A stretch of DNA of 64,000 bases from Auanema rhodensis (Eukaryota > Animalia > Nematoda). This document shows, one piece after another, positions 29,801 through 43,865 of this stretch; position 1 is the first letter of the stretch, and every line of letters begins with the position of its first letter. The position numbers were made by a program, and so were the translations under genes. The stretch is from contig OZ059895.1 in NCBI GenBank assembly GCA_964057225.1, positions 22,258,001-22,322,000 on the forward strand, written 5' to 3'. Under the pieces are notes generated by a model. That model searched no databases, was not told the DNA's origin, and worked only from the letters and a program-made list of their open reading frames with translations.

Positions 29801-32800
29801 CAAAATTAGATTCCCCATTTCCAAATTAGTCTAAAAACAAATTTTTATTTATATTGGTGCATGGTAACCATGACTTTGAAATTTACGTGAACTTTAATTT
29901 ATGCTAATTAAGTGTACACATGATGTGCACTTGGTATGCAACTCGCTTCACGTGAAAGATGAAGAGATGCGGTTTTCAAAATTAGATTCCCCATGTCCAT
30001 ATTAGTCTAAAAACAAATTTTTATTAATATTGGTGCATGGTAACCATGACTTTGAAATTTACGTGAACTTTAATTTATGCTAATTAAGTGTACACATGAT
30101 GTGCACTTGGTATGTAACTCGCTTCACGTCAAAGATAAAGAGATGCGGTTTTCAAAATTAGATTCCCCATGTCCATATTAGTCTAAAAACAAATTTTTAT
30201 TAATATTGGTGCATGGTAACCATGACTTTGAAATTTACGTGAACTTTAATTTATGCTAATTAAGTGTACACATGATGTGCACTTGGTATGTAACTCGCTT
30301 CACGTGAAAGATGAAGAGATGCGGTTTTCAAAATTAGATTCCTCATGTCCATATTAGTCTAAAAACGAATTTTTATTGATATTGGTGCATGGTAACCATG
30401 ACTTTGAAATTTACGTGAACTTTAATTTATGCTAATTAAGTGTACACATGATGTGCACTTGGTATGTAACTCGCTTCATGTGAAAGATGAAGAGATGCGG
30501 TTTTCAAAATTAGATTCCCCATGTCCATATTAGTCTAAAAACAAATTTTTATTGATATTGGTGCATGGTAACCATGACTTTGAAATTTACGTGAACTTTA
30601 ATTTATGCTAATTAAGTGTACACATGATGTGCACTTGGTATGCAACTCGCTTCACGTGAAAGATGAAGAGATGCGGTTTTCAAAATTAGATTCCCCATGT
30701 CCATATTAGTCTAAAAACAAATTTTTATTAATATTGGTGCATGGTAACCATGACTTTGAAATTTACGTGAACTTCAATTTATGCTAATTAAGTGTACACG
30801 TGATGTGCGCTTGGTATGTAACTCGCTTCACGTGAAAGATGAAGAGATGCGGTTTTCAAAATTAGATTCCCCATTTCAATATTAGTCTAAAAACAAATTT
30901 TTATTGATATTGGTGCATGGTAACCATGACTTTGAAATTTACGTGAACTTCAATTTATGCTAATTAAGTGTACACATGATGTGCACTTGGTATGTAACTC
31001 GCTTCAAGTCAAAGATAAAGAGATGCGGTTTTCAAAATTAGATTCCCTATGTCCATATTAGTCTAAAAACAAATTTTTATTAATATTGGTGCATGGTAAC
31101 CATGACTTTGAAATTTACGTGAACTTTAATTTATGCTAATTAAGTGTACACGTGATGTGCACTTGGTATGTAACTCGCTTCACGTGAAAGATAAAGAGAT
31201 GCGGTTTTCAAAATTAGATTCCCCATTTCCAAATTAGTCTAAAAACAAATTTTTATTGATATTGGTGCATGGTAACCATGACTTTGAAATTTACGTGAAC
31301 TTTAATTTATGCTAATTAAGTGTACACATGATGTGCACTTGGTATGCAACTCGCTTCACGTGAAAGATGAAGAGATGCGGTTTTCAAAATTAGATTCCCC
31401 ATGTCCATATTAGTCTAAAAACAAATTTTTATTAATATTGGTGCATGGTAACCATGACTTTGAAATTTACGTGAACTTTAATTTATGCTAATTAAGTGTA
31501 CACATGATGTGCACTTGGTATGTAACTCGCTTCAGGTGAAAGATGAAGAGATGCGGTTTTCAAAATTAGATTCCTCATGTCCATATTAGTCTAAAAACGA
31601 ATTTTTATTGATATTGGTGCATGGTAACCATGACTTTGAAATTTACGTGAACTTTAATTTATGCTTATTAAGTGTACACATGATGTGCACTTGGTATGTA
31701 ACTCGCTTCACGTGAAAGATGAAGAGATGCGGTTTTCAAAATTAGATTCCTCATGTCCATATTAGTCTAAAAACAAATTTTTATTAATATTGGTGCATGG
31801 TAACCATGACTTTGAAATTTACGTGAACTTTAATTTATGCTTATTAAGTGTACACGTGATGTGCACTTGGTATGTAACTCGCTTCACGTGAAAGATAAAG
31901 GGATGCGGTTTTTAAAATTAGATTCCCCATGTCCATATTAGTCTAAAAACAAATTTTTATTGATATTGGTGCATGGTAACCATGACTTTGAAATTTACGT
32001 GAACTTTAATTTATGCTAATTAAGTGTACACGTGATGTGCACTTGGTATGTAACTCGCTTCACGTGAAAGATAAAGAGATGCGGTTTTCAAAATTAGATT
32101 CCCCATTTCCAAATTAGTCTAAAAACAAATTTTTATTAATATTGGTGCATGGTAACCATGACTTTGAAATTTACGTGAACTTCAATTTATGCTAATTAAG
32201 TGTACACATGATGTGCACTTGGTATGCAACTCGCTTCACGTGAAAGATGAAGAGATGCGGTTTTCAAAATTAGATTCCCCATGTCCATATTAGTCTAAAA
32301 ACAAATTTTTATTAATATTGGTGCATGGTAACCATGACTTTGAAATTTACGTGAACTTTAATTTATGCTAATTAAGTGTACACATGATGTGCACTTGGTA
32401 TGTAACTCGCTTCACGTGAAAGATAAAGAGATGCGGTTTTCAAAATTAGATTCCCCATTTCCAAATTAGTCTAAAAACAAATTTTTATTGATATTGGTGC
32501 ATGGTAACCATGACTTTGAAATTTACGTGAACTTTAATTTATGCTTATTAAGTGTACACATGATGTGCACTTGGTATGTAACTCGCTTCATGTGAAAGAT
32601 GAAGAGATGCGGTTTTCAAAATTAGATTCCTCATGTCCATATTAGTCTAAAAACAAATTTTTATTAATATTGGTGCATGGTAACCATGACTTTGAAATTT
32701 ACGTGAACTTTAATTTATGCTTATTAAGTGTACACGTGATGTGCACTTGGTATGTAACTCGCTTCACGTGAAAGATAAAGGGATGCGGTTTTTAAAATTA

Positions 32801-33600
32801 GATTCCCCATGTCCATATTAGTCTAAAAACAAATTTTTATTGATATTGGTGCATGGTAACCATGACTTTGAAATTTACGTGAACTTTAATTTATGCTAAT
32901 TAAGTGTACACATGATGTGCACTTGGTGTGCAACTCGCTTCACGTGAAAGATGAAGAGATGCGGTTTTCAAAATTAGATTCCCCATGTCCATATTAGTCT
33001 AAAAACAAATTTTTATTAATATTGGTGCATGGTAACCATGACTTTGAAATTTACGTGAACTTCAATTTATGCTAATTAAGTGTACACGTGATGTGCGCTT
33101 GGTATGTAACTCGCTTCACGTGAAAGATGAAGAGATGCGGTTTTCAAAATTAAATTCCCCATTTCCATATTAGTCTAAAAACAAATTTTTATTGATATTG
33201 GTGCATGGTAACCATGACTTTGAAATTTACGTGAACTTCAATTTATGCTAATTAAGTGTACACATGATGTGCACTTGGTATGTAACTCGCTTCAAGTCAA
33301 AGATAATGAGATGCGGTTTTCAAAATTAGATTCCCTATGTCCATATTAGTCTAAAAACAAATTTTTATTAATATTGGTGCATGGTAACCATGACTTTGAA
33401 ATTTACGTGAACTTTAATTTATGCTAATTAAGTGTACACGTGATGTGCACTTGGTATGTAACTCGCTTCACGTGAAAGATAAAGAGATGCGGTTTTCAAA
33501 ATTAGATTCCCCATTTCCAAATTAGTCTAAAAACAAATTTTTATTGATATTGGTGCATGGTAACCATGACTTTGAAATTTACGTGAACTTTAATTTATGC
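26900..33600 (+). repeat. Variant domain with irregular HOR marked by TATGCAACTC and TTCCAAATTAG
   Basis: The CAAATTAGTC variant lies at 27711, 29822, 31230, 32110, 32462 and 33518 (spacings of 12, 8, 5, 2 and 6 monomers). I did not see these markers outside this region. Confidence 0.75.
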
Positions 33601-35409
33601 TAATTAAGTGTACACATGATGTGCACTTGGTATGTAACTCGCTTCACGTCAAAGATAAAGGGATGCGGTTTTCAAAATTAGATTCCCCATGTCCATATTA
33701 GTCTAAAAACAAATTTTTATTGATATTGGTGCATGGTAACCATGACTTTGAAATTTACGTGAACTTTAATTTATGCTAATTAAGTGTACACATGATGTGC
33801 ACTTGGTATGTAACTCGCTTCACGTGAAAAATGAAGAGATGAGGTTTTCAAAATTAGATTCCTCATGTCCATATTAGTCTAAAAACGAAGTTTTATTGAT
33901 ATTGGTGCATGGTAACCATGACTTTGAAATTTACGTGAACTTTAATTTATGCTAATTAAGTGTACACATGATGTGCACTTGGTATGTAACTCGCTTCATG
34001 TGAAAGATGAAGAGATGCGGTTTTCAAAATTAGAGTCCTCATGTCCATATTAGTCTAAAAACAAATTTTTATTAATATTGGTGCATGGTAACCATGACTT
34101 TGATATTTACGTGAACTTTAATTTATGCTTATTAAGTGTACACGTGATGTGCACTTGGTATGTAACTCGCTTCACGTGAAAGATAAAGGGATGCGGTTTT
34201 CAAAATTAGATTCCTCATGTCCATATTAGTCTAAAAACGAATTTTTATTGATATTGGTGCATGGTAACCATGACTTTGAAATTTACGTGAACTTTAATTT
34301 ATGCTAATTAAGTGTACACATGATGTGCACTTGGTATGTAACTCGCTTCATGTGAAAGATGAAGAGATGCGGTTTTCAAAATTAGATTCCTCATGTCCAT
34401 ATTAGTCTAAAAACAAATTTTTATTAATATTGGTGCATGGTAACCATGACTTTGATATTTACGTGAACTTTAATTTATGCTTATTAAGTGTACACGTGAT
34501 GTGCACTTGGTATGTAACTCGCTTCACGTGAAAGATAAAGGGATGCGGTTTTCAAAATTAGATTCCCCATGTCCATATTAGTCTAAAAACAAATTTTTAT
34601 TGATATTGGTGCATGGTAACCATGACTTTGAAATTTACGTGAACTTTAATTCATGCTAATTAAGTGTACACATGATGTGCACTTGGTATGTAACTCGCTT
34701 CACGTGAAAGATGAAGAGATGCGGTTTTCAAAATTAGATTCCCCATGTCCATATTAGTCTAAAAACAAATTTTTATTAATATTGGTGCATGGTAACCATG
34801 ACTTTGAAATTTACGTGAACTTTAATTTATGCTTATTAAGTGTACACGTGATGTGCACTTGGTATGTAACTCGCTTCACGTGAAAGATGAAGAGATGCGC
34901 TTTTCGAAATTAGATTCCCCATGTCCATATTAGTCTAAAAACACATTTTTGTTGATATTGGTGGATGGTAACCATGACTTTGAAATTTACGTGAACTTCA
35001 ATTTATGCTAATTAAGTGTACACATGATGTGCACTTGGTATGTAACTCGCTTCAAGTCAAAGATAATGAGATGCGGTTTTCAAAATTAGATTCCTCATGT
35101 CCATATTAGTCTAAAAACAAATTTTTATTAATATTGGTGCATGGTAACCATGACTTTGATATTTACGTGAACTTTAATTTATGCTTATTAAGTGTACACA
35201 TGTTGTGCACTTGGTATGTAACTCGCTTCACGTCAAAGATAAAGAGATGCGGTTTTCAAAATTAGATTCCCCATGTCCATATTAGTCTAAAAACAAATTT
35301 TTATTAATATTGGTGCATGGTAACCATGACTTTGAAATTTACGTGAACTTTAATTTATGCTAATTAAGTGTACACATGATGTGCACTTGGTATGTAACTC
35401 GCTTCACGT

Positions 35410-38370
35410 CAAAGATAAAGAGATGCGGTTTTCAAAATTAGATTCCCCATGTCCATATTAGTCTAAAAACAAATTTTTATTAATATTGGTGCATGGTAAC
35501 CATGACTTTGAAATTTACGTGAACTTTAATTTATGCTAATTAAGTGTACACATGATGTGCACTTGGTATGTAACTCGCTTAACGTGAAAGATGAAGAGAT
35601 GCGGTTTTCAAAATTAGATTCCTCATGTCCATATTAGTCTAAAAACGAATTTTTATTGATATTGGTGCATGGTAACCATGACTTTGAAATTTACGTGAAC
35701 TTTAATTTATGCTAATTAAGTGTACACATGATGTGCACTTGGTATGTAACTCGCTTCATGTGAAAGATGAAGAGATACGGTTTTCAAAATTAGATTCCTC
35801 ATGTCCATATTAGTCTAAAAACAAATTTTTATTAATATTGGTGCATGGTAACCATGACTTTGAAATTTACGTGAACTTTAATTTATGCTTATTAAGTGTA
35901 CACGTGATGTGCACTTGGTATGTAACTCGCTTCACGTGAAAGATAAAGGGATGCGGTTTTCAAAATTAGATTCCCCATGTCCATATTAGTCTAAAAACAA
36001 ATTTTTATTGATATTGGTGCATGGTAACCATGACTTTGAAATTTACGTGAACTTTAATTTATGCTAATTAAGTGTACACATGATGTGCACTTGGTATGTA
36101 ACTCGCTTCACGTCAAAGATAAAGAGATGCGGTTTTCAAAATTAGATTCCCCATTTCCATGTTAGTCTAAAAACAAATTTTTATTGATATTGGTGCATGG
36201 TAACCATGACTTTGAAATTTACGTGAACTTCAATTTATGCTAATTAAGTGTACACGTGATGTGCACTTGGTATGTAACTCGCTTCACGTGAAAGATGAAG
36301 AGATGCGGTTTTCAAAATTAGATTCCCCATGTCCATATTAGTCTAAAAACACATTTTTGTTGATATTGGTGGATGGTAACCATGACTTTGAAATTTACGT
36401 GAACTTCAATTTATGCTAATTAAGTGTACACATGATGTGCACTTGGTATGTAACTCGCTTCAAGTCAAAGATAAAGAGATGCGGTTTTCAAAATTAGATT
36501 CCCTATGTCCATATTAAACTGAAAACAAATTTTTATTAATATTGGTGCATGGTAACCATGACTTTGAAATTTACGTGAACTTTAATTTATGCTAATTAAG
36601 TGTACACATGATGTGCACTTGGTATGTAACTCGCTTCACGTGAAAGATAAAGAGATGAGGTTTTCAAAATAGATTCCTCATTTCCATATTAGTCTAAAAA
36701 CAAATTTTTATTGATCTTGGTGCATGGCAACCATGACTTTAAAATTTACGTGAACTTTAATTTATGCTAATTAAGTGTACACATGATGTGCACTTGGTAT
36801 GTAACTCGCTTTACGTCAAAGATAAAGAGATGCGGTTTTCAAAATTAGATTCCCCATGTCCATATTAGTCTAAAAACAAATTTTTATTAATATTGGTGCA
36901 TGGTAACCATGACTTTGAAATTTACGTGAACTTTAATTTATGCTAATTAAGTGTACACATGATGTGCACTTGGTATGTAACTCGCTTAACGTGAAAGATG
37001 AAGAGATGCGGTTTTCAAAATTAGATTCCTCATGTCCATATTAGTCTAAAAACGAATTTTTATTGATATTGGTGCATGGTAACCATGACTTTGAAATTTA
37101 CGTGAACTTTAATTTATGCTAATTAAGTGTACACATGATGTGCACTTGGTATGTAACTCGCTTCATGTGAAAGATGAAGAGATACGGTTTTCAAAATTAG
37201 ATTCCTCATGTCCATATTAGTCTAAAAACAAATTTTTATTAATATTGGTGCATGGTAACCATGACTTTGAAATTTACGTGAACTTTAATTTATGCTTATT
37301 AAGTGTACACGTGATGTGCACTTGGTATGTAACTCGCTTCACGTGAAAGATAAAGGGATGCGGTTTTCAAAATTAGATTCCCCATGTCCATATTAGTCTA
37401 AAAACAAATTTTTATTGATATTGGTGCATGGTAACCATGACTTTGAAATTTACGTGAACTTTAATTTATGCTAATTAAGTGTACACATGATGTGCACTTG
37501 GTATGTAACTCGCTTCACGTCAAAGATAAAGAGATGCGGTTTTCAAAATTAGATTCCCCATTTCCATGTTAGTCTAAAAACAAATTTTTATTGATATTGG
37601 TGCATGGTAACCATGACTTTGAAATTTACGTGAACTTCAATTTATGCTAATTAAGTGTACACGTGATGTGCACTTGGTATGTAACTCGCTTCACGTGAAA
37701 GATGAAGAGATGCGGTTTTCAAAATTAGATTCCCCATGTCCATATTAGTCTAAAAACACATTTTTGTTGATATTGGTGGATGGTAACCATGACTTTGAAA
37801 TTTACGTGAACTTCAATTTATGCTAATTAAGTGTACACATGATGTGCACTTGGTATGTAACTCGCTTCAAGTCAAAGATAAAGAGATGCGGTTTTCAAAA
37901 TTAGATTCCCTATGTCCATATTAAACTGAAAACAAATTTTTATTAATATTGGTGCATGGTAACCATGACTTTGAAATTTACGTGAACTTTAATTTATGCT
38001 AATTAAGTGTACACATGATGTGCACTTGGTATGTAACTCGCTTCACGTGAAAGATAAAGAGATGAGGTTTTCAAAATAGATTCCTCATTTCCATATTAGT
38101 CTAAAAACAAATTTTTATTGATCTTGGTGCATGGCAACCATGACTTTAAAATTTACGTGAACTTTAATTTATGCTAATTAAGTGTACACATGATGTGCAC
38201 TTGGTATGTAACTCGCTTTACGTCAAAGATAAAGAGATGCGGTTTTCAAAATTAGATTCCCCATGTCCATATTAGTCTAAAAACAAATTTTTATTAATAT
38301 TGGTGCATGGTAACCATGACTTTGAAATTTACGTGAACTTTAATTTATGCTAATTAAGTGTACACATGAT
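35410..38370 (+). repeat. 8-monomer (1407 bp) HOR, two tandem copies
   Basis: The AACGTG variant (in CTTAACGTG) at 35581/36988 and ATATTAAACTGAAAA at 36511/37918 are both offset by 1407 = 8x176-1. Confidence 0.85.
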
Positions 38371-38579
38371 GTGCGCTTGGTATGTAACTCGCTTCACGTG
38401 AAAGATAAAGAGATGCGGTTTTCAAAATTAGATTCCCCATTTCCATATTAGTCTAAAAACAAATTTTTATTGATATTGGTGCATGGCAACCATGACTTTA
38501 AAATTTACGTGAACTTTAATTTATGCTAATTAAGTGTACACATGATGTGCACTTGGTATGTAACTCGCTTCACGTCAAA

Positions 38580-41500
38580 GATAAAGAGATGCGGTTTTCA
38601 AAATTAGATTCCCCATGTCCATATTAGTCTAAAAACAAATTTTTATTAATATTGGTGCATGGTAACCATGACTTTGAAATTTACGTGAACTTTAATTTAT
38701 GCTAATTAAGTGTACACATGATGTGTACTTGGTATGTAACTCGCTTCACGTGAAAGATGAAGAGATGCGGTTTTCAAAATTAGATTCCTCATGTCCATAT
38801 TAGTCTAAAAACGAATTTTTATTGATATTGATGCATGGTAACCATGACTTTGAAATTTACGTGAACTTTAATTTATGCTAATTAAGTGTACACATGATGT
38901 GCACTTGGTATGTAACTCGCTTCACGTCAAAGATAAAGAGATGCGGTTTTCAAAATTAGATTCCCCATTTCCATGTTAGTCTAAAAACAAATTTTTATTG
39001 ATATTGGTGCATGGTAACCATGACTTTGAAATTTACGTGAACTTCAATTTATGCTAATTAAGTGTACACGTGATGTGCACTTGGTATGTAACTCGCTTCA
39101 CGTGAAAGATGAAGAGATGCGGTTTTCAAAATTAGATTCCCCATGTCCATATTAGTCTAAAAACACATTTTTGTTGATATTGGTGGATGGTAACCATGAC
39201 TTTGAAATTTACGTGAACTTCAATTTATGCTAATTAAGTGTACACATGATGTGCACTTGGTATGTAACTCGCTTCAAGTCAAAGATAAAGAGATGCGGTT
39301 TTCAAAATTAGATTCCCTATGTCCATATTAGTCTGAAAACAAATTTTTATTAATATTGGTGCATGGTAACCATGACTTTGAAATTTACGTGAACTTTAAT
39401 TTATGCTAATTAAGTGTACACATGATGTGCACTTGGTATGTAACTCGCTTCACGTGAAAGATAAAGAGATGCGGTTTTCAAAATAGATTCCCCATTTCCA
39501 TATTAGTCTAAAAACAAATTTTTATTGATCTTGGTGCATGGCAACCATGACTTTAAAATTTACGTGAACTTTAATTTATGCTAATTAAGTGTACACATGA
39601 TGTGCACTTGGTATGTAACTCGCTTTACGTCAAAGATAAAGAGATGCGGTTTTCAAAATTAGATTCCCCATGTCCATATTAGTCTAAAAACAAATTTTTA
39701 TTAATATTGGTGCATGGTAACCATGACTTTGAAATTTACGTGAACTTTAATTTATGCTAATTAAGTGTACACATGATGTGCGCTTGGTATGTAACTCACT
39801 TCACGTGAAAGATAAAGAGATGCGGTTTTCAAAATTAGATTCCCCATTTCCATATTAGTCTAAAAACAAATTTTTATTGATATTGGTGCATGGCAACCAT
39901 GACTTTAAAATTTACGTGAACTTTAATTTATGCTAATTAAGTGTACACATGATGTGCACTTGGTATGTAACTCGCTTCACGTCAAAGATAAAGAGATGCG
40001 GTTTTCAAAATTAGATTCCCCATGTCCATATTAGTCTAAAAACAAATTTTTATTAATATTGGTGCATGGTAACCATGACTTTGAAATTTACGTGAACTTT
40101 AATTTATGCTAATTAAGTGTACACATGATGTGCACTTGGTATGTAACTCGCTTCACGTGAAAGATGAAGAGATGCGGTTTTCAAAATTAGATTCCTCATG
40201 TCCATATTAGTCTAAAAACGAATTTTTATTGATATTGATGCATGGTAACCATGACTTTGAAATTTACGTGAACTTTAATTTATGCTAATTAAGTGTACAC
40301 ATGATGTGCACTTGGTATGTAACTCGCTTCACGTGAAAGATGAAGAGATACGGTTTTCAAAATTAGATTCCTCATGTCCATATTAGTCTAAAAACAAATT
40401 TTTATTAATATTGGTGCATGGTAACCATGACTTTGAAATTTACGTGAACTTTAATTTATGCTTATTAAGTGTACACGTGATGTGCACTTGGTATGTAACT
40501 CGCTTCACGTGAAAGATAAAGGGATGCGGTTTTCAAAATTAGATTCCCCATGTCCATATTAGTCTAAAAACAAATTTTTATTGATATTGGTGCATGGTAA
40601 CCATGACTTTGAAATTTACGTGAACTTTAATTTATGCTAATTAAGTGTACACATGATGTGCACTTGGTATGTAACTCGCTTCACGTCAAAGATAAAGAGA
40701 TGCGGTTTTCAAAATTAGATTCCCCATTTCCATGTTAGTCTAAAAACAAATTTTTATTGATATTGGTGCATGGTAACCATGACTTTGAAATTTACGTGAA
40801 CTTCAATTTATGCTAATTAAGTGTACACGTGATGTGCACTTGGTATGTAACTCGCTTCACGTGAAAGATGAAGAGATGCGGTTTTCAAAATTAGATTCCC
40901 CATGTCCATATTAGTCTAAAAACACATTTTTGTTGATATTGGTGGACGGTAACCATGACTTTGAAATTTACGTGAACTTCAATTTATGCTAATTAAGTGT
41001 ACACATGATGTGCACTTGGTATGTAACTCGCTTCAAGTCAAAGATAAAGAGATGCGGTTTTCAAAATTAGATTCCCTATGTCCATATTAAACTGAAAACA
41101 AATTTTTATTAATATTGGTGCATGGTAACCATGACTTTGAAATTTACGTGAACTTTAATTTATGCTAATTAAGTGTACACATGATGTGCACTTGGTATGT
41201 AACTCGCTTCACGTGAAAGATAAAGAGATGCGGTTTTCAAAATTAGATTCCCCATGTCCATATTAGTCTAAAAACAAATTTTTATTAATATTGGTGCATG
41301 GTAACCATGACTTTGAAATTTACGTGAACTTTAATTTATGCTAATTAAGTGTACACATGATGTGTACTTGGTATGTAACTCGCTTCACGTGAAAGATGAA
41401 GAGATGCGGTTTTCAAAATTAGATTCCTCATGTCCATATTAGTCTAAAAACGAATTTTTATTGATATTGATGCATGGTAACCATGACTTTGAAATTTACG

Positions 41501-43865
41501 TGAACTTTAATTTATGCTAATTAAGTGTACACATGATGTGCACTTGGTATGTAACTCGCTTCACGTCAAAGATAAAGAGATGCGGTTTTCAAAATTAGAT
41601 TCCCCATTTCCATGTTAGTCTAAAAACAAATTTTTATTGATATTGGTGCATGGTAACCATGACTTTGAAATTTACGTGAACTTCAATTTATGCTAATTAA
41701 GTGTACACGTGATGTGCACTTGGTATGTAACTCGCTTCACGTGAAAGATGAAGAGATGCGGTTTTCAAAATTAGATTCCCCATGTCCATATTAGTCTAAA
41801 AACACATTTTTGTTGATATTGGTGGATGGTAACCATGACTTTGAAATTTACGTGAACTTCAATTTATGCTAATTAAGTGTACACATGATGTGCACTTGGT
41901 ATGTAACTCGCTTCAAGTCAAAGATAAAGAGATGCGGTTTTCAAAATTAGATTCCCTATGTCCATATTAGTCTGAAAACAAATTTTTATTAATATTGGTG
42001 CATGGTAACCATGACTTTGAAATTTACGTGAACTTTAATTTATGCTAATTAAGTGTACACATGATGTGCACTTGGTATGTAACTCGCTTCACGTGAAAGA
42101 TAAAGAGATGCGGTTTTCAAAATAGATTCCCCATTTCCATATTAGTCTAAAAACAAATTTTTATTGATCTTGGTGCATGGCAACCATGACTTTAAAATTT
42201 ACGTGAACTTTAATTTATGCTAATTAAGTGTACACATGATGTGCACTTGGTATGTAACTCGCTTTACGTCAAAGATAAAGAGATGCGGTTTTCAAAATTA
42301 GATTCCCCATGTCCATATTAGTCTAAAAACAAATTTTTATTAATATTGGTGCATGGTAACCATGACTTTGAAATTTACGTGAACTTTAATTTATGCTAAT
42401 TAAGTGTACACATGATGTGCGCTTGGTATGTAACTCACTTCACGTGAAAGATAAAGAGATGCGGTTTTCAAAATTAGATTCCCCATTTCCATATTAGTCT
42501 AAAAACAAATTTTTATTGATATTGGTGCATGGCAACCATGACTTTAAAATTTACGTGAACTTTAATTTATGCTAATTAAGTGTACACATGATGTGCACTT
42601 GGTATGTAACTCGCTTCACGTCAAAGATAAAGAGATGCGGTTTTCAAAATTAGATTCCCCATGTCCATATTAGTCTAAAAACAAATTTTTATTAATATTG
42701 GTGCATGGTAACCATGACTTTGAAATTTACGTGAACTTTAATTTATGCTAATTAAGTGTACACATGATGTGCACTTGGTATGTAACTCGCTTCACGTGAA
42801 AGATGAAGAGATGCGGTTTTCAAAATTAGATTCCTCATGTCCATATTAGTCTAAAAACGAATTTTTATTGATATTGATGCATGGTAACCATGACTTTGAA
42901 ATTTACGTGAACTTTAATTTATGCTAATTAAGTGTACACATGATGTGCACTTGGTATGTAACTCGCTTCACGTGAAAGATGAAGAGATACGGTTTTCAAA
43001 ATTAGATTCCTCATGTCCATATTAGTCTAAAAACAAATTTTTATTAATATTGGTGCATGGTAACCATGACTTTGAAATTTACGTGAACTTTAATTTATGC
43101 TTATTAAGTGTACACGTGATGTGCACTTGGTATGTAACTCGCTTCACGTGAAAGATAAAGGGATGCGGTTTTCAAAATTAGATTCCCCATGTCCATATTA
43201 GTCTAAAAACAAATTTTTATTGATATTGGTGCATGGTAACCATGACTTTGAAATTTACGTGAACTTTAATTTATGCTAATTAAGTGTACACATGATGTGC
43301 ACTTGGTATGTAACTCGCTTCACGTCAAAGATAAAGAGATGCGGTTTTCAAAATTAGATTCCCCATTTCCATGTTAGTCTAAAAACAAATTTTTATTGAT
43401 ATTGGTGCATGGTAACCATGACTTTGAAATTTACGTGAACTTCAATTTATGCTAATTAAGTGTACACGTGATGTGCACTTGGTATGTAACTCGCTTCACG
43501 TGAAAGATGAAGAGATGCGGTTTTCAAAATTAGATTCCCCATGTCCATATTAGTCTAAAAACACATTTTTGTTGATATTGGTGGACGGTAACCATGACTT
43601 TGAAATTTACGTGAACTTCAATTTATGCTAATTAAGTGTACACATGATGTGCACTTGGTATGTAACTCGCTTCAAGTCAAAGATAAAGAGATGCGGTTTT
43701 CAAAATTAGATTCCCTATGTCCATATTAAACTGAAAACAAATTTTTATTAATATTGGTGCATGGTAACCATGACTTTGAAATTTACGTGAACTTTAATTT
43801 ATGCTAATTAAGTGTACACATGATGTGCACTTGGTATGTAACTCGCTTCACGTGAAAGATAAAGA
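38580..43865 (+). repeat. 15-monomer (2639 bp) HOR, two tandem copies
   Basis: The TACTT variant (in GTGTACTT) at 38726/41365, GTAACTCACT at 39791/42430, GGTGGACGG at 40941/43580 and ATATTAAACTG at 41084/43723 are all offset by 2639 = 15x176-1. Confidence 0.85.
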
